Source: Coriobacteriia bacterium (GTDB lineage Bacteria > Actinomycetota > Coriobacteriia > Anaerosomatales > JAJZPX01). Taken from it: DNA of 64,000 bases. The notes beneath the pieces are model-generated. The model was not told the origin of the DNA and did no database searches. It was given only the letters and a program-made list of their open reading frames with translations. Made by a program: the position numbers and the translations under genes. Shown piece by piece: positions 40,350 to 52,708 of the stretch. The stretch covers positions 209,687 through 273,686 of the forward strand of contig DASXUP010000007.1 of assembly GCA_036504755.1 (NCBI GenBank), written 5' to 3'. The stretch's first letter is position 1. Each line of letters begins with the position of its first letter.

Positions 40350-41954
40350 TCAGCGGATGGTCGATCGCAGCGTCACGCCCGCGGCCCGGGCTGGCGGCCA
40401 CGCTACGGGCTCGAGCAGCAGTGCGCCGGGCGTGTGCATGAGAACGCGGAAGGACGGCGAGGCGATGAGGCCGGGCACGTCGAACTCGTTGCTGGTCCGC
40501 GGATCGTCCGGGTTGAAGATGTGGACGAGGAACCTGTCCTCCCGAAGATGGCTGCACTCCTCGAGGATGCCGAGGGTGAACGTGGCCGTGCCCGAGGTCA
40601 TCGCTTTGACGGGCACGTGCGTCTGCAGGTAGACCGGGGCGGTGACGTTCGTGATCACCGAGTCCGGTCTACGCTCGGATATCGCGCGTATCCCCGGCTC
40701 ATAGCGCCAGAACGGCTCGTCGAAGCCCGCGCCGGCGCGCTGCTGCGCCACTACTGACGGAACGGAGCCCCAGATCGGGATGACGAGCACGATGCATGCC
40801 GCCGCGACGGCTCCCGCGACCGGGTAGCGGGGGATCCGTGCCGCCAGGCGCTTGCCGATCAGCACCGCGGCGGCTCCGATGACCGCGAGCATCCCGGGGT
40901 ACGCCGGGGAGACGAGCCGGCTGTCGAGCCAGGCGAAGTTGGCGCGGCTGCGCAGAGCGGCGATGACGACCATGTAGACGAGCGCGTACGCCGCGGGCAC
41001 CAGCGCGGACCCGGGGAAGTCGCCTGGGCCGCGGCGCCACCAGCGGACGACGCCGACGGCCACCACGGCGAGCACAGCCAGCAGCGCCGCGCCGCGCACC
41101 ACGGCTGCCAGCGTGTCGACGCTCAGCGCGGGATGCAGGACGTACACGCCGAAGTCGCGCGAGGCCGTGAGCTTGACGAACCACAGGTTCCGCAGGAACG
41201 ACGCCTTCCCGGGGGCCGTTCGCAGCGCGCCCAGGCCCCAGGTGAGCGGGTCGAAGGCGGTCCATACTCCGAGAGGCAGCACGGTCCCCAAGCCGTACCC
41301 CACACCGCGCCACAGGTCTCGCAGGCTCCTGCGGCGCAGCGCCTCGGCCGTGAAGACCACGGCGCCGAACAGCGCCATCACCACCCCGATGTGGCGGGTG
41401 AACGCCGCCGCCGCAGCGAGTCCCGTAGCCGCCAGCAGCAGCCGCCGGGGACGATCCTCGTCGGCGAGAAGGCGCGAGACGAAGTACACGGATCCGGCCG
41501 CCAGCGCCGTGAACAGCATGTCGGAGAGCGCGCTCGACGCCATGATCCAGTACGGCACGAACAAGAGCGCGAGCGCCGCCGAGACCACGCCGCCCGTCCG
41601 GCCCGCGTACTGCCGGCCGAGAAGGCCGACGAACGCGAGCGTGGCCGCGAACGCGACTGCCGAGACGAGCGTCGCGGCGAACATCGACGGGACCCGCAAG
41701 ACCGCCAGCACGCCGATCAGTATCGGGTACAGCGGCGGCCATCGCTTGAACGGCTCGTAGGGCAGCGGGTTCGCGACGTTGGTGATGTCCACCGTCAACC
41801 CGTGACCGGCCGCTAGGTTCTCGCCCGCCGAGAGGTAGAAGGCGGAGTCGTACGTCAGCTTCGGATGGCCGTTCGCGAGCACGACGCCCAAGACGGCCGC
41901 CAGCAGGCACAGCCCTGCGAGGATGGAGACGAACGTGCGGTCGGAGCGGTGCAC
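40350..41954 (-). CDS. GT-C fold membrane glycosyltransferase (ArnT / PMT / GT39-GT83-like)
   Basis: It has more than 10 TM segments, an early YDSAFYLSAGENLAAGHG loop as in ArnT/PMT-type enzymes, and a C-terminal soluble domain. The start is uncertain. The track ORF begins at 42080, back-to-back with the divergent gene. I prefer the GTG at 41954, which has GGAGG 4 nt upstream. The ATG at 42041 is an alternative. Confidence 0.7.
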   Translation of the reverse strand: MHRSDRTFVSILAGLCLLAAVLGVVLANGHPKLTYDSAFYLSAGENLAAGHGLTVDITNVANPLPYEPFKRWPPLYPILIGVLAVLRVPSMFAATLVSAVAFAATLAFVGLLGRQYAGRTGGVVSAALALLFVPYWIMASSALSDMLFTALAAGSVYFVSRLLADEDRPRRLLLAATGLAAAAAFTRHIGVVMALFGAVVFTAEALRRRSLRDLWRGVGYGLGTVLPLGVWTAFDPLTWGLGALRTAPGKASFLRNLWFVKLTASRDFGVYVLHPALSVDTLAAVVRGAALLAVLAVVAVGVVRWWRRGPGDFPGSALVPAAYALVYMVVIAALRSRANFAWLDSRLVSPAYPGMLAVIGAAAVLIGKRLAARIPRYPVAGAVAAACIVLVIPIWGSVPSVVAQQRAGAGFDEPFWRYEPGIRAISERRPDSVITNVTAPVYLQTHVPVKAMTSGTATFTLGILEECSHLREDRFLVHIFNPDDPRTSNEFDVPGLIASPSFRVLMHTPGALLLEPVAWPPARAAGVTLRSTIR

Positions 41955-42080
41955 ATGACCTCCGGAAAGGGGGACGAGCGGTTGTGGACGCGGGCCGCCG
42001 GACGTCCGGGACCCGGCCGGCGACGCGTCGTATGGTACCATTCCTCTCGTCCCCGACCCAGCCTGCGAGAGGAGCGTCAC

Positions 42081-43064
42081 GTGCCTGCAGAGGCTTCAGG
42101 GGCCGGTCCGCGCATCTCCGTCGTCATCCCCGCGTTCAACGAGCAGGACAACGTGGCCGAGCTCGTCGAGCGGGTGTCGAACAGCGTCGGCCCCCTCGGC
42201 AGCTTCGAGATCGTCATCGTGGACGACGGCAGCACGGACGCGACATGGGCGCGCATCTGCGAAGCCGCGGAGGCCGACCCGCAGGTCGTCGGGATCAGGC
42301 TCCAGCGCAACTTCGGTCAGCACCCCGCCGTCACTGCCGGGTTCGACGCCTCGCGCGGAGACATAGTGGTCACCCTCGACGCGGACCTGCAGAACCCGCC
42401 GGAGGAGATACCGAAGCTGGTCGAACGCCTCGGCCCCGACTGCGACGTCGCGAGCGGCTGGCGCTACGTGAGGCACGACATCTGGCTGCGCAGGCTCCCC
42501 TCCATGCTGGTCAACACGATCACGGCGAAGCTCACGGGGGTGAAGCTTCACGACTACGGGTGCATGCTGCGCGCGTACAAGCGCGAGGTCATCGACATGC
42601 TGGCCCGCTGCCCCGAGGTGAACCGGACGATCACCGCGCTCGTCTCGTGGCTCGGCGTGTCGATAGTCGAGGTCCCGGTCGAGCACGCTGCCCGCAAGTA
42701 CGGCAAGTCGCGGTACGGCTACTGGCGCCTGGTCCGCATGACCTTCGACATCCTCACCGGGTTCACCACCACGCTGCTGCAGTGGGTGTCGGTCACGGGG
42801 ATCGTCGTGTCCCTGGTCGGGCTCGCCGCCAGCGTCGTGCTCATCGTGTGGCGCATCCTCTTCGGTTCCGGCCCGATCGGCATCACGACGTTCCTGTCGG
42901 TCCTGCTCTTCCTCGCGGGGATCCAGGTCGCGGCGGTGGGCGTCGTCGGCGAGTACATCGGCCGCATCTACGTGCAGGTGCAGGGACGCCCGTACTACAT
43001 CACACGGGAGCGCACGTCGGAGAGCGCCGACGCGAAGGACGCCGGCGTCCGAGCCGTGCGATGA
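42081..43064 (+). CDS. Polyprenyl-phosphate glycosyltransferase, GT2 (ArnC/GtrB-like)
   Basis: ISVVIPAFNEQ, IVDDGSTD, FGQHPAVTAG, TLDADLQNPPEEIPKLV, DYGCMLRAYKRE, and two C-terminal TM helices with GEYIGRIY. By eye this is very close to the E. coli ArnC motifs. GTG start at 42081 with GAGGAG 6 nt upstream. Confidence 0.88.
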   Translation: MPAEASGAGPRISVVIPAFNEQDNVAELVERVSNSVGPLGSFEIVIVDDGSTDATWARICEAAEADPQVVGIRLQRNFGQHPAVTAGFDASRGDIVVTLDADLQNPPEEIPKLVERLGPDCDVASGWRYVRHDIWLRRLPSMLVNTITAKLTGVKLHDYGCMLRAYKREVIDMLARCPEVNRTITALVSWLGVSIVEVPVEHAARKYGKSRYGYWRLVRMTFDILTGFTTTLLQWVSVTGIVVSLVGLAASVVLIVWRILFGSGPIGITTFLSVLLFLAGIQVAAVGVVGEYIGRIYVQVQGRPYYITRERTSESADAKDAGVRAVR

Positions 43065-44002
43065 CTCTGGACCCTCTCTCTCCCGCGTCAGCCGAGGCGG
43101 TTGTCTCCCGCTTCTCGCTATCGAGGCTCCTCGACGGCCCCCCGTACGACGTCACTCCGCGCCACGCGCTCGCGCTCTCCGAGGTCCTCTCGGCCGCGGA
43201 CGCGCCCGGCGCCTCGGCGGTCGTGCTCGAGAGCGGTGGGCAGCCGCGCGGCCTCGCGGTCCTGCGCGCGTCAGAGTGGGACGGCGCGCACTTCGGGTTC
43301 CCGGTGGGGCGGCTCGAGCACATGATCTCCGCCGGCCCGCGTGAGGCATCGGACCTCGCGGAGTGGGTCGAGCGGCGCTGCGCGGATCTCGGACTGCGGT
43401 TCTGCTCGACGGTGCTTCCCGCCGAGGACCTGCACGGCACGCACGCGCTGGAGGCCGCGGGCTGGCGCTACCAGGAGACGCGCCTGCATCCGTGGCTCGC
43501 GCTCGCCGGCGCGGCGTGGGAGAGCTCGCCGCGCGTGCGCCCGGCGAACGAGGCGGATACCGAGGCGGTCGCCCGCATGGCCCGGACGGCGTTCTCGGCC
43601 GACAGGTTCCACAACGACCCGGGATTCGACGCGGTCGCGGCGGACGCGTTCTACGAGCGCTGGGCGCGTGAATGGTTCGCCGCGCGCGACCCGCAGCGGC
43701 GGGCTTGGGTGCTCGAGGCCGGCGGCACGATCGCGGGGTTCTTCCTGGTCCGCATCGTCGAGCCGGCGCCCGGCGCCCCGGCCGTCGCCGACCTGGTGCT
43801 CACCGCGATCGACACGAGCCTCGGCAGGCGCGGTCTCGGCACGGAGCTGTGGTCGGCCGCCCTCGACGCGTTGACCGCCGAGGCGGCATACTGTGCCACG
43901 ACCATCTCCGCGAGGAACACCGCGGTGGTGAACTTGTACGCCAAGCTGGGATTCCGCTTCGGGCGGACCGAGACGGCGCTGCACAGGTGGTTCGACGCGT
44001 GA
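43061..44002 (+). CDS. Two-domain GNAT-family N-acetyltransferase (WecD-like)
   Basis: ATGA overlap with the GT2 stop. The C-terminal acetyl-CoA pocket pattern is IDTSLGRRGLGTELWSAAL...NTAVVNLYAKLGFRF. Confidence 0.7.
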   Translation: MTLDPLSPASAEAVVSRFSLSRLLDGPPYDVTPRHALALSEVLSAADAPGASAVVLESGGQPRGLAVLRASEWDGAHFGFPVGRLEHMISAGPREASDLAEWVERRCADLGLRFCSTVLPAEDLHGTHALEAAGWRYQETRLHPWLALAGAAWESSPRVRPANEADTEAVARMARTAFSADRFHNDPGFDAVAADAFYERWAREWFAARDPQRRAWVLEAGGTIAGFFLVRIVEPAPGAPAVADLVLTAIDTSLGRRGLGTELWSAALDALTAEAAYCATTISARNTAVVNLYAKLGFRFGRTETALHRWFDA

Positions 44003-44031
44003 ATGGCGGCACTTCCCGATCAGGAGGCGGA

Positions 44032-45051
44032 ATGCGGATCCTTGTGACCGGCGGGGCGGGATTCATCGGCAGCAACTTCGTGAAGCACATCATGCGCCGC
44101 TACCCTGACCACGAGATACTCGTGCTCGACGCCCTCACGTACGCGGGCAACCTCGACAACTTCGACCCCACGTTCGCGGACGACCCCCGCTTCTCGTTCT
44201 GGTACGGCAACGTCACGAACGCCGACCTCGTCCACGACCTGGTGCACAAAGCCGACGCGATCGTGCACTTCGCCGCCGAGAGCCACGTGGCGCGCTCGAT
44301 CTACGACAACTCGCTCTTCTTCACGACCGACGTGATCGGGACGCAGACGATAGCCAACGAGGTCGCGAAGTCCTCGCACATCCGCAAGCTCATCCACATC
44401 TCGACCTCCGAGGTCTACGGCAGCGCGGTCAGCGAGCCGATGGACGAGGACCACCCTCTCAACCCGATGTCTCCGTACGCCGCGGCGAAGGCGGGGGCGG
44501 ACCGCCTCATCTACTCCTACCACGCTACGTACGGCATCCCCGCTGTGATCGTCCGGCCGTTCAACAACTACGGCCCGAACCAGCATCTCGAGAAGGCCGT
44601 CCCGCGCTTCATCACCAGCGCGCTCGCCGGCGACCCGCTCACTGTGCACGGCGACGGGGAGGCGTCGAGGGACTGGCTCTTCGTCGAGGACACGTGCGAG
44701 GCCATCGACCTGCTGCTGCACGCTCCGGAGACGCCCACATGCGAGGTGTACAACCTCGGCACCGGCATCGCTACCTCGGTCTCCGCGATAGCCGAGAAGG
44801 TGTGCGACATCCTCGGCCGGGACCGGTCGCTCATAACGCACATCGGCGACCGGCCGGGGCAGGTCGCGAAGCACATCGCGGACGCCGGCGCTTTCGGCGA
44901 GCGGTTCGGCTGGAAGCCGGCCGTCGGGTTCGACGAGGGACTGCGCCGCACGATCGAGTGGTACGCGGGCAACGAGGAGTGGTGGCGCAGGCTCGAGTGG
45001 ATGAAGCACGTCCCCGTGCGCACCGCCTCGGGAGCCGTCGAGTACCACTGA
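44032..45051 (+). CDS. Extended SDR nucleotide-sugar 4-oxidoreductase of the RmlB family (4,6-dehydratase or decarboxylase; substrate unresolved)
   Basis: MRILVTGGAGFIGSNF, AAESHVARSI, YAAAKAGAD, NNYGPNQHLEKAVP are RmlB-like. The catalytic strand reads STSEVYG (as in UXS/ArnA-C/GMD) rather than the STDEVYG of RmlB. CAGGAGG lies upstream of the ATG at 44032. Confidence 0.85.
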   Translation: MRILVTGGAGFIGSNFVKHIMRRYPDHEILVLDALTYAGNLDNFDPTFADDPRFSFWYGNVTNADLVHDLVHKADAIVHFAAESHVARSIYDNSLFFTTDVIGTQTIANEVAKSSHIRKLIHISTSEVYGSAVSEPMDEDHPLNPMSPYAAAKAGADRLIYSYHATYGIPAVIVRPFNNYGPNQHLEKAVPRFITSALAGDPLTVHGDGEASRDWLFVEDTCEAIDLLLHAPETPTCEVYNLGTGIATSVSAIAEKVCDILGRDRSLITHIGDRPGQVAKHIADAGAFGERFGWKPAVGFDEGLRRTIEWYAGNEEWWRRLEWMKHVPVRTASGAVEYH

Positions 45052-45818
45052 TGGCCACGGCGATGCGTAGCGAAGCGCACGAGCTCGCCTCCCGGATGCG
45101 GCGTCACTGGTGGTATCGCGGACGCCGGCTCGCCGTGGACGGCCTGCTGCGGCGCGGCGGTGCGCCCCGCGGCGGACGCGTGCTCGACTTCGGATGCGGC
45201 ACCGGACACATGGGCGCCGTCCTGGCGCGCTACGGCTCGCTGTTCGGCGTCGAGGCCTCGGCCGAGGCGCTGGGGCGCGGGGCCTACGGCGACTACGAGT
45301 CGGTCACCCGCGCCGAGGACCTCGATGCTCCGGGTTTCCCGAGCGGACCGTTCACCCTGATCTCCTGCCTCGACGTCCTAGAGCACGTGGAGGACGACGC
45401 GGATCTCCTCGCTCGGCTCACGCGGATGCTCACTCCGGGCGGCCGGATCGTCGTGTCCGTCCCGATGTGGCCCGAGCTATACGGGCCGAGCGACGAGGCG
45501 GCCGGGCATCACCGGCGGTACACCCCGGCGGCCCTGACGCGACTGATCGACGCTGCGGGCCTCTCCGCCCGCGCCTCCAGCGGCTACGTGGTGGCGCTGC
45601 TGCCGATCGCGAGAAGGCGGCGCGAACAGGAGGCGAGCGGCTCCATGGACGCCTCGGAGCAGTTCGAGGTCCCCGCGGCTCCGGTGAACGCGGCGCTGAG
45701 CGCGGTCTCGCTGGCCGAAGGCGCGCTGGCCCGCTGGGTGCCGCTGCCCGCGGGTCTCAGCTGGATCGTGGTAGCGAGCCGCCGGATGGCGGCCGAGGAG
45801 GGTGAGACCGATGTCTGA
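45051..45818 (+). CDS. Class I SAM-dependent methyltransferase
   Basis: VLDFGCGTGHMG motif I and LDVLEHVEDD. The ATG overlaps the upstream TGA by 1 nt (TGATG). Confidence 0.75.
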   Translation: MATAMRSEAHELASRMRRHWWYRGRRLAVDGLLRRGGAPRGGRVLDFGCGTGHMGAVLARYGSLFGVEASAEALGRGAYGDYESVTRAEDLDAPGFPSGPFTLISCLDVLEHVEDDADLLARLTRMLTPGGRIVVSVPMWPELYGPSDEAAGHHRRYTPAALTRLIDAAGLSARASSGYVVALLPIARRRREQEASGSMDASEQFEVPAAPVNAALSAVSLAEGALARWVPLPAGLSWIVVASRRMAAEEGETDV

Positions 45819-46953
45819 CGATTTCCTGATGTTCCACCGCCCGAGCCTCGGCGACGAAGAAGAGCAGGCCGTGACCGAGGTGCTCCGCTCCGGGTGGCTG
45901 ACCACCGGGCCGCGCACCAAGGAGTTCGAGCGCGTGTTCGCGGCCTACCGCGGCGCGGCGCACGGCGTGGGAGTGAACTCGTGCACCGCGGCGCTGCACG
46001 TCGCCCTGCTCGCGATGGGGGTTGGACCCGGCGACGAGGTCGTGACGACGCCGATGACCTTCGCGTCCACCGCGAACGTCATCGTGCACACCGGCGCGAC
46101 CCCGGTGTTCTGCGACGTCCAGCCGGACACCTTGAACATGGACCCGGACGCGCTCGCCTCGGCCGTCACGGAACGCACGAAAGCGGTCATCCCGGTGCAC
46201 TTCGCGGGACACCCGTGCGACATGGACGAGATCGACGCGGTGGTCCGTCCGCGCGGGATCCGCGTGCTGGAGGACGCCGCTCACGCCGTGGAGTCCGAGT
46301 ACCGCGGGCGCCCGGTCGGCTCGCTGGGCGATGCCGCCGCGTTCAGCTTCTACGCCACGAAGAACATCACCACCGGCGAGGGCGGGATGCTGACCACCGG
46401 CGACGCCTCGCTCGCGGAGCGCGCGCAGATCCTCGCGCTGCACGGGATCAGCCGCGACGCGTGGAAGCGCTACACCGACGAAGGCTACCGGCACTACGAC
46501 ATCGTCGCGCCCGGCTTCAAGTACAACATGTTCGACATCCAAGCCGCCCTCGGCCTCGCCCAACTCCGGAAGGTCGACGGCTTCCGGGAGTCGCGCAAGC
46601 GCCTCACGGAACGCTACGACGAGGGCCTGCACGACCTTCCCGCGCTGCGCCTAATGGAGCGCCGGGACTACGTGAAGACCGCGTACCACCTCTACGTCGT
46701 GCGCGTGACGCCCGGCTCGCCGCTCTCCCGTGACGAGCTGATGGCGGCGCTGCAGGCGCGGGGCATCGGCGTGGGCGTCCATTTCCGCGCCGTCCACCTG
46801 CACCCCTACTACCGTGAGGCGTACGGCTTCAGGCCGGGCATGTTCCCCGAGTCCGAGCTGGCCGGTGACTCCGTCGTCTCGCTCCCGCTCTTCCCGTCGA
46901 TGACGGACGCCGAGGTGGATCGCGTGGTGCAGGCGCTGCACGCCATCCTCTAG
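45811..46953 (+). CDS. DegT-family sugar 4-aminotransferase, ArnB-like
   Basis: FHRPSLGDEEEQAVTEVLRSGWLTTGP, EDAAHAVES, FSFYATKNITTGEGGML, PGFKYNMFDIQAALGLAQL, GIGVGVHFRAVHLHPYY, SLPLFPSMTDAEVDRV. By eye this tracks E. coli ArnB block for block. The ATG at 45811 has GAGGAGGG upstream and overlaps the methyltransferase stop. Confidence 0.88.
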   Translation: MSDDFLMFHRPSLGDEEEQAVTEVLRSGWLTTGPRTKEFERVFAAYRGAAHGVGVNSCTAALHVALLAMGVGPGDEVVTTPMTFASTANVIVHTGATPVFCDVQPDTLNMDPDALASAVTERTKAVIPVHFAGHPCDMDEIDAVVRPRGIRVLEDAAHAVESEYRGRPVGSLGDAAAFSFYATKNITTGEGGMLTTGDASLAERAQILALHGISRDAWKRYTDEGYRHYDIVAPGFKYNMFDIQAALGLAQLRKVDGFRESRKRLTERYDEGLHDLPALRLMERRDYVKTAYHLYVVRVTPGSPLSRDELMAALQARGIGVGVHFRAVHLHPYYREAYGFRPGMFPESELAGDSVVSLPLFPSMTDAEVDRVVQALHAIL

Positions 46954-46968
46954 CGGCGGCCGGAAGAC

Positions 46969-47006
46969 GCAAGAAGGCGGCCGGGACCTCCCGGCCGCCT
47001 TCTTGC
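46969..47006. terminator. Bidirectional intrinsic terminator between convergent operons
   Basis: Perfect 17-bp stem gcaagaaggcggccggg / cccggccgccttcttgc with a 4-nt loop. It sits 16 nt after the aminotransferase stop and 20 nt after the atpC stop. Confidence 0.75.
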
Positions 47007-47025
47007 CGCGCTCGGCGGGAAGCTC

Positions 47026-47430
47026 CTACTTCGCCTTGCTGCCCACCGCGATCTGCACCTCGTACCACTTGAGCTCGTCCAGCGCCGCCTCGTCCTTCTC
47101 GGGCAGGTCGCGGATGCGCGACTGGATGGCCTCCATCGCCTCGCGCGCGCGGCCCACGTCGATCCTGCTCGCCAGCTCGGCGCGGTCCGCCAGCACGATG
47201 ACCTTGTCCTCGTGCACCTGGAGGTATCCGCCGGACGTCGCGATCCAGTCGACCTCGTTGTCGTCCAGGCGTACGCGTATCTCGCCCGGCTTCAGCAGCG
47301 CCACCAGCGGCGCGTGCAGCGGCAGGATGCCGATCTCGCCGTCGGCCGCCGGCGCGACGACCATCTGCGCTTCGTTGTGATACAGGATGCGCTCGGGGGT
47401 CACGATCTCACACAGGAGTGTGCGTGCCAT
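47026..47430 (-). CDS. atpC: F1 ATP synthase epsilon subunit
   Basis: LLCEIVTPERILYHNEAQMVVAPAADGEIGILPLHAPLV; position after atpD. Confidence 0.9.
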   Translation of the reverse strand: MARTLLCEIVTPERILYHNEAQMVVAPAADGEIGILPLHAPLVALLKPGEIRVRLDDNEVDWIATSGGYLQVHEDKVIVLADRAELASRIDVGRAREAMEAIQSRIRDLPEKDEAALDELKWYEVQIAVGSKAK

Positions 47431-47443
47431 TCTCGCGGTCCCC

Positions 47444-49763
<2,320 letters not shown>

Positions 49764-49775
49764 CGTCCTCTCCCG

Positions 49776-51338
49776 CTAGCCCGCCACGAAGTTGCGGCCG
49801 AACTCGTCGAGAGCGGCCGCCAGCGCCGCCTTCGTCTCGTCGCTGATGACCTTCTCGGCCGAGATGGTCTGCCCGATCTCGGGGTGCGCGCTCTCGACGA
49901 AGTCGAGGAACTCGTCGCGGAACCGCAGCACGTTCTCCACGGCGACGTCGTCGAGGTAGCCGTTGACGCCGGCGAAGATCGCCATGACCTGACGGTCGAC
50001 CGTCATCGGCACGTAGCGGCCCTGCTTCAGCAGCTCGACGAGGCGCTCGCCTCGCGCCAGCTGCTGCTGCGTCGCCTTGTCGAGGTCCGACCCGAACTGC
50101 GCGAACGCCGCCAGCGACCGGTAGCTCGCAAGGTCGAGCCGCAAGCTGCCCGCCACCTGCTTCATCGCCTTGATCTGCGCGTCGCCGCCTACGCGGGACA
50201 CCGAGATGCCCACGTTGATGGCGGGACGGACGCCCTGGAAGAAGAGGTCGGACTGCAGGAAGATCTGGCCGTCGGTGATGGAGATGACGTTGGTCGGGAT
50301 ATAGGCCGACACGTCGCCGGCCTGCGTCTCGATGACCGGCAGCGCCGTCAGCGAGCCCGCACCCAGCTCCTCGTTCATCTTCACGGCGCGCTCCAGCAGC
50401 CGGCTGTGCAGATAGAAGACGTCGCCCGGGTACGCTTCGCGGCCCGGGGGGCGACGCAGCGTGAGCGACATCTGGCGGTACGCGACGGCCTGCTTGCTCA
50501 GGTCGTCGTAGATGCACAGGACCGCGCGGCCCGGGTTGTCCTTGCTCGCGGGCTTGCCGTCCTCGCCGTTGTACATGAAGAACTCGCCCATGGCGCAGCC
50601 CGCGAGGGGTGCTATGTACTGGAGCGGAGCAGGGTCGGAGGCATTGGCGGCCACGACGATCGTGTAGTCCATGGCGCCGTACGAGTCCAAGGTGCGGACG
50701 ACCTCGGCGACCGTGGAGGCCTTCTGCCCGATCGCCACGTAGACGCAGATGACGCCCGTGCCCTTCTGGTTGATGATCGCGTCGACCGCGATAGCCGTCT
50801 TGCCGGTCTGGCGGTCGCCGATGATGAGCTCGCGCTGTCCTCGGCCGATCGGGATCATCGCGTCGACGGCCATGATGCCGGTCTGCACCGGCTCGTGCAC
50901 ATGCTGGCGCTGCACGACGCCGGGCGCCTTGAACTCGACGGGGCGCATCCCCTCGGCCGCGATCGGGCCTTTGCCGTCGATGGGCCGGCCGAGCGGGTTG
51001 ACGATGCGGCCGATGAGTCCGCGGCCGCACGGGACCTCGACGATGCGGCCCGTGGACCGGACGGTCGAGTTCTCCTTGACGAGGGCGTACTCGCCCATCA
51101 GCACGGCGCCGACCTCGTTCTCGTCCAGGTTGAGCGCCATGCCCATGATCGTCTCGCCGTGGTCGCCGGAGAATTCGAGCAGTTCGCCCGCCATCGCGCC
51201 GCGCAGACCCTCCACGCGCGCGATGCCGTCGCCGATCTGCACGACGGTGCCGACCTCACGGACATCCACGGACGTGCGGAAGGACGCCAGCTGCGCCTTC
51301 AGCACGTCGTTGATGGTGGTTGCGGTGATGTCCGCCAC
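49776..51338 (-). CDS. atpA: F1 ATP synthase alpha subunit
   Basis: [51 protein letters not shown]. Confidence 0.97.
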   Translation of the reverse strand: MADITATTINDVLKAQLASFRTSVDVREVGTVVQIGDGIARVEGLRGAMAGELLEFSGDHGETIMGMALNLDENEVGAVLMGEYALVKENSTVRSTGRIVEVPCGRGLIGRIVNPLGRPIDGKGPIAAEGMRPVEFKAPGVVQRQHVHEPVQTGIMAVDAMIPIGRGQRELIIGDRQTGKTAIAVDAIINQKGTGVICVYVAIGQKASTVAEVVRTLDSYGAMDYTIVVAANASDPAPLQYIAPLAGCAMGEFFMYNGEDGKPASKDNPGRAVLCIYDDLSKQAVAYRQMSLTLRRPPGREAYPGDVFYLHSRLLERAVKMNEELGAGSLTALPVIETQAGDVSAYIPTNVISITDGQIFLQSDLFFQGVRPAINVGISVSRVGGDAQIKAMKQVAGSLRLDLASYRSLAAFAQFGSDLDKATQQQLARGERLVELLKQGRYVPMTVDRQVMAIFAGVNGYLDDVAVENVLRFRDEFLDFVESAHPEIGQTISAEKVISDETKAALAAALDEFGRNFVAG

Positions 51339-51896
51339 TTACGCCTCACCTCCTGCCGAAGCGGTAGAGAGAGCCGTCCGCATGCCGTTCAGCTGCTTGA
51401 GCAGGCTCCCGTCCAGCACGCGTCCGGCGACGTTGATGATGATGCCGCCGAGGATCGACGCGTCGACCTTCTCGCGCAGCACGACACGCTTGCCGAGGGC
51501 GTCCTCGAGCTTCGCGGACAGCGACGCCCGCAGCCCCTCCGTCAGCGGGACCGCGGTGGTCACCTCGGCGGGAATGACGCCCAGCTCGTCCTCGACGAGC
51601 GAGGTGAACGCCGCGGCGACCTCGCCCAGCACGTCCACGTTCCCCGACTCGACCACGACCTGCACTATCGAGAGCACGGCGGGCACGACGGCCTCGCCGA
51701 AGATCTCGCGCAGGACGTCGCGCTTCTTCGCCGGCGGGAGCGTCTGGTCCGCCAGGGCGTCCCGCAGGTCGACGTGGCCGCGGATCGCTGCCACGACCTG
51801 GTTCAGCTGCGCCTCGGCGTCGGTGACGGTGCCGGTCAGGCTGCTGAGCTCGAACAGCGAGCGCGCGTAGGTCCCGGCGATCTCGCTGCTTCTCAT
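51339..51896 (-). CDS. atpH: F1 ATP synthase delta subunit (OSCP)
   Basis: MRSSEIAGTYARSLFELS..., ILGGIIINVAGRVLDGSL. ATGA overlap with the atpF stop. The track ORF is over-extended. Confidence 0.85.
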   Translation of the reverse strand: MRSSEIAGTYARSLFELSSLTGTVTDAEAQLNQVVAAIRGHVDLRDALADQTLPPAKKRDVLREIFGEAVVPAVLSIVQVVVESGNVDVLGEVAAAFTSLVEDELGVIPAEVTTAVPLTEGLRASLSAKLEDALGKRVVLREKVDASILGGIIINVAGRVLDGSLLKQLNGMRTALSTASAGGEA

Positions 51897-52387
51897 TTGA
51901 GGCTTCCCACCTCTTGGATGTAGCGGTCGATCAGCTTCGCGTGCTCCTCGGCGGAGAGCTTCTCGCCGATGAGCTTGCCGGCCACCGCCACGGACAGGTC
52001 GGCGACCGACTTCTGCAGTTCGGCCATCGCGGCCTTCTTCTCGGCCTCGATGGTCTCCTTGGCTTTGGCGATGACGTTCGCGGCCTCTTCGTTGGCCTTC
52101 GCGACGATGTCGTCCTTCATCGCGTCGGCCACCTTGCGGCCCTGCTCGATCACCTTCGCGGCCTCGCCGCGCGCCTCGGCCATCTGCTGCTTGTAGTCCT
52201 CGAAGAGCCTCTCGGCCTCTACACGCGTCTCCTCGGCCTTCTCCAGCGACTCGCGGATGGTCTCCGCGCGCTTGTCGAGCATGTTCGTGATCGGCGGGAG
52301 CGCGAACTTCCACAGCACGACGAACAGCACGAGGAAGGCGACCAGGGACGGCCAGATCTCCGCGAACTTAGGCAGAATCGCTTCCAT
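51893..52387 (-). CDS. atpF: Fo ATP synthase subunit b
   Basis: N-terminal TM helix followed by a long charged coiled-coil; position between atpE and atpH. Confidence 0.88.
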   Translation of the reverse strand: MEAILPKFAEIWPSLVAFLVLFVVLWKFALPPITNMLDKRAETIRESLEKAEETRVEAERLFEDYKQQMAEARGEAAKVIEQGRKVADAMKDDIVAKANEEAANVIAKAKETIEAEKKAAMAELQKSVADLSVAVAGKLIGEKLSAEEHAKLIDRYIQEVGSLK

Positions 52388-52417
52388 GTTTCACCTTCTC
52401 CTAGTCGGCCTTCCGAC

Positions 52418-52708
<291 letters not shown>

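Noticed and set aside
41984-44002. 672-aa plus-strand ORF spanning the GT2 and GNAT genes.
   Set aside because: Its first about 360 residues are an out-of-frame, Arg/Pro-rich reading of the ArnC-like gene. Only the last 313 residues, from the ATG at 43061 (ATGA overlap with the GT2 stop), look like a real GNAT protein.
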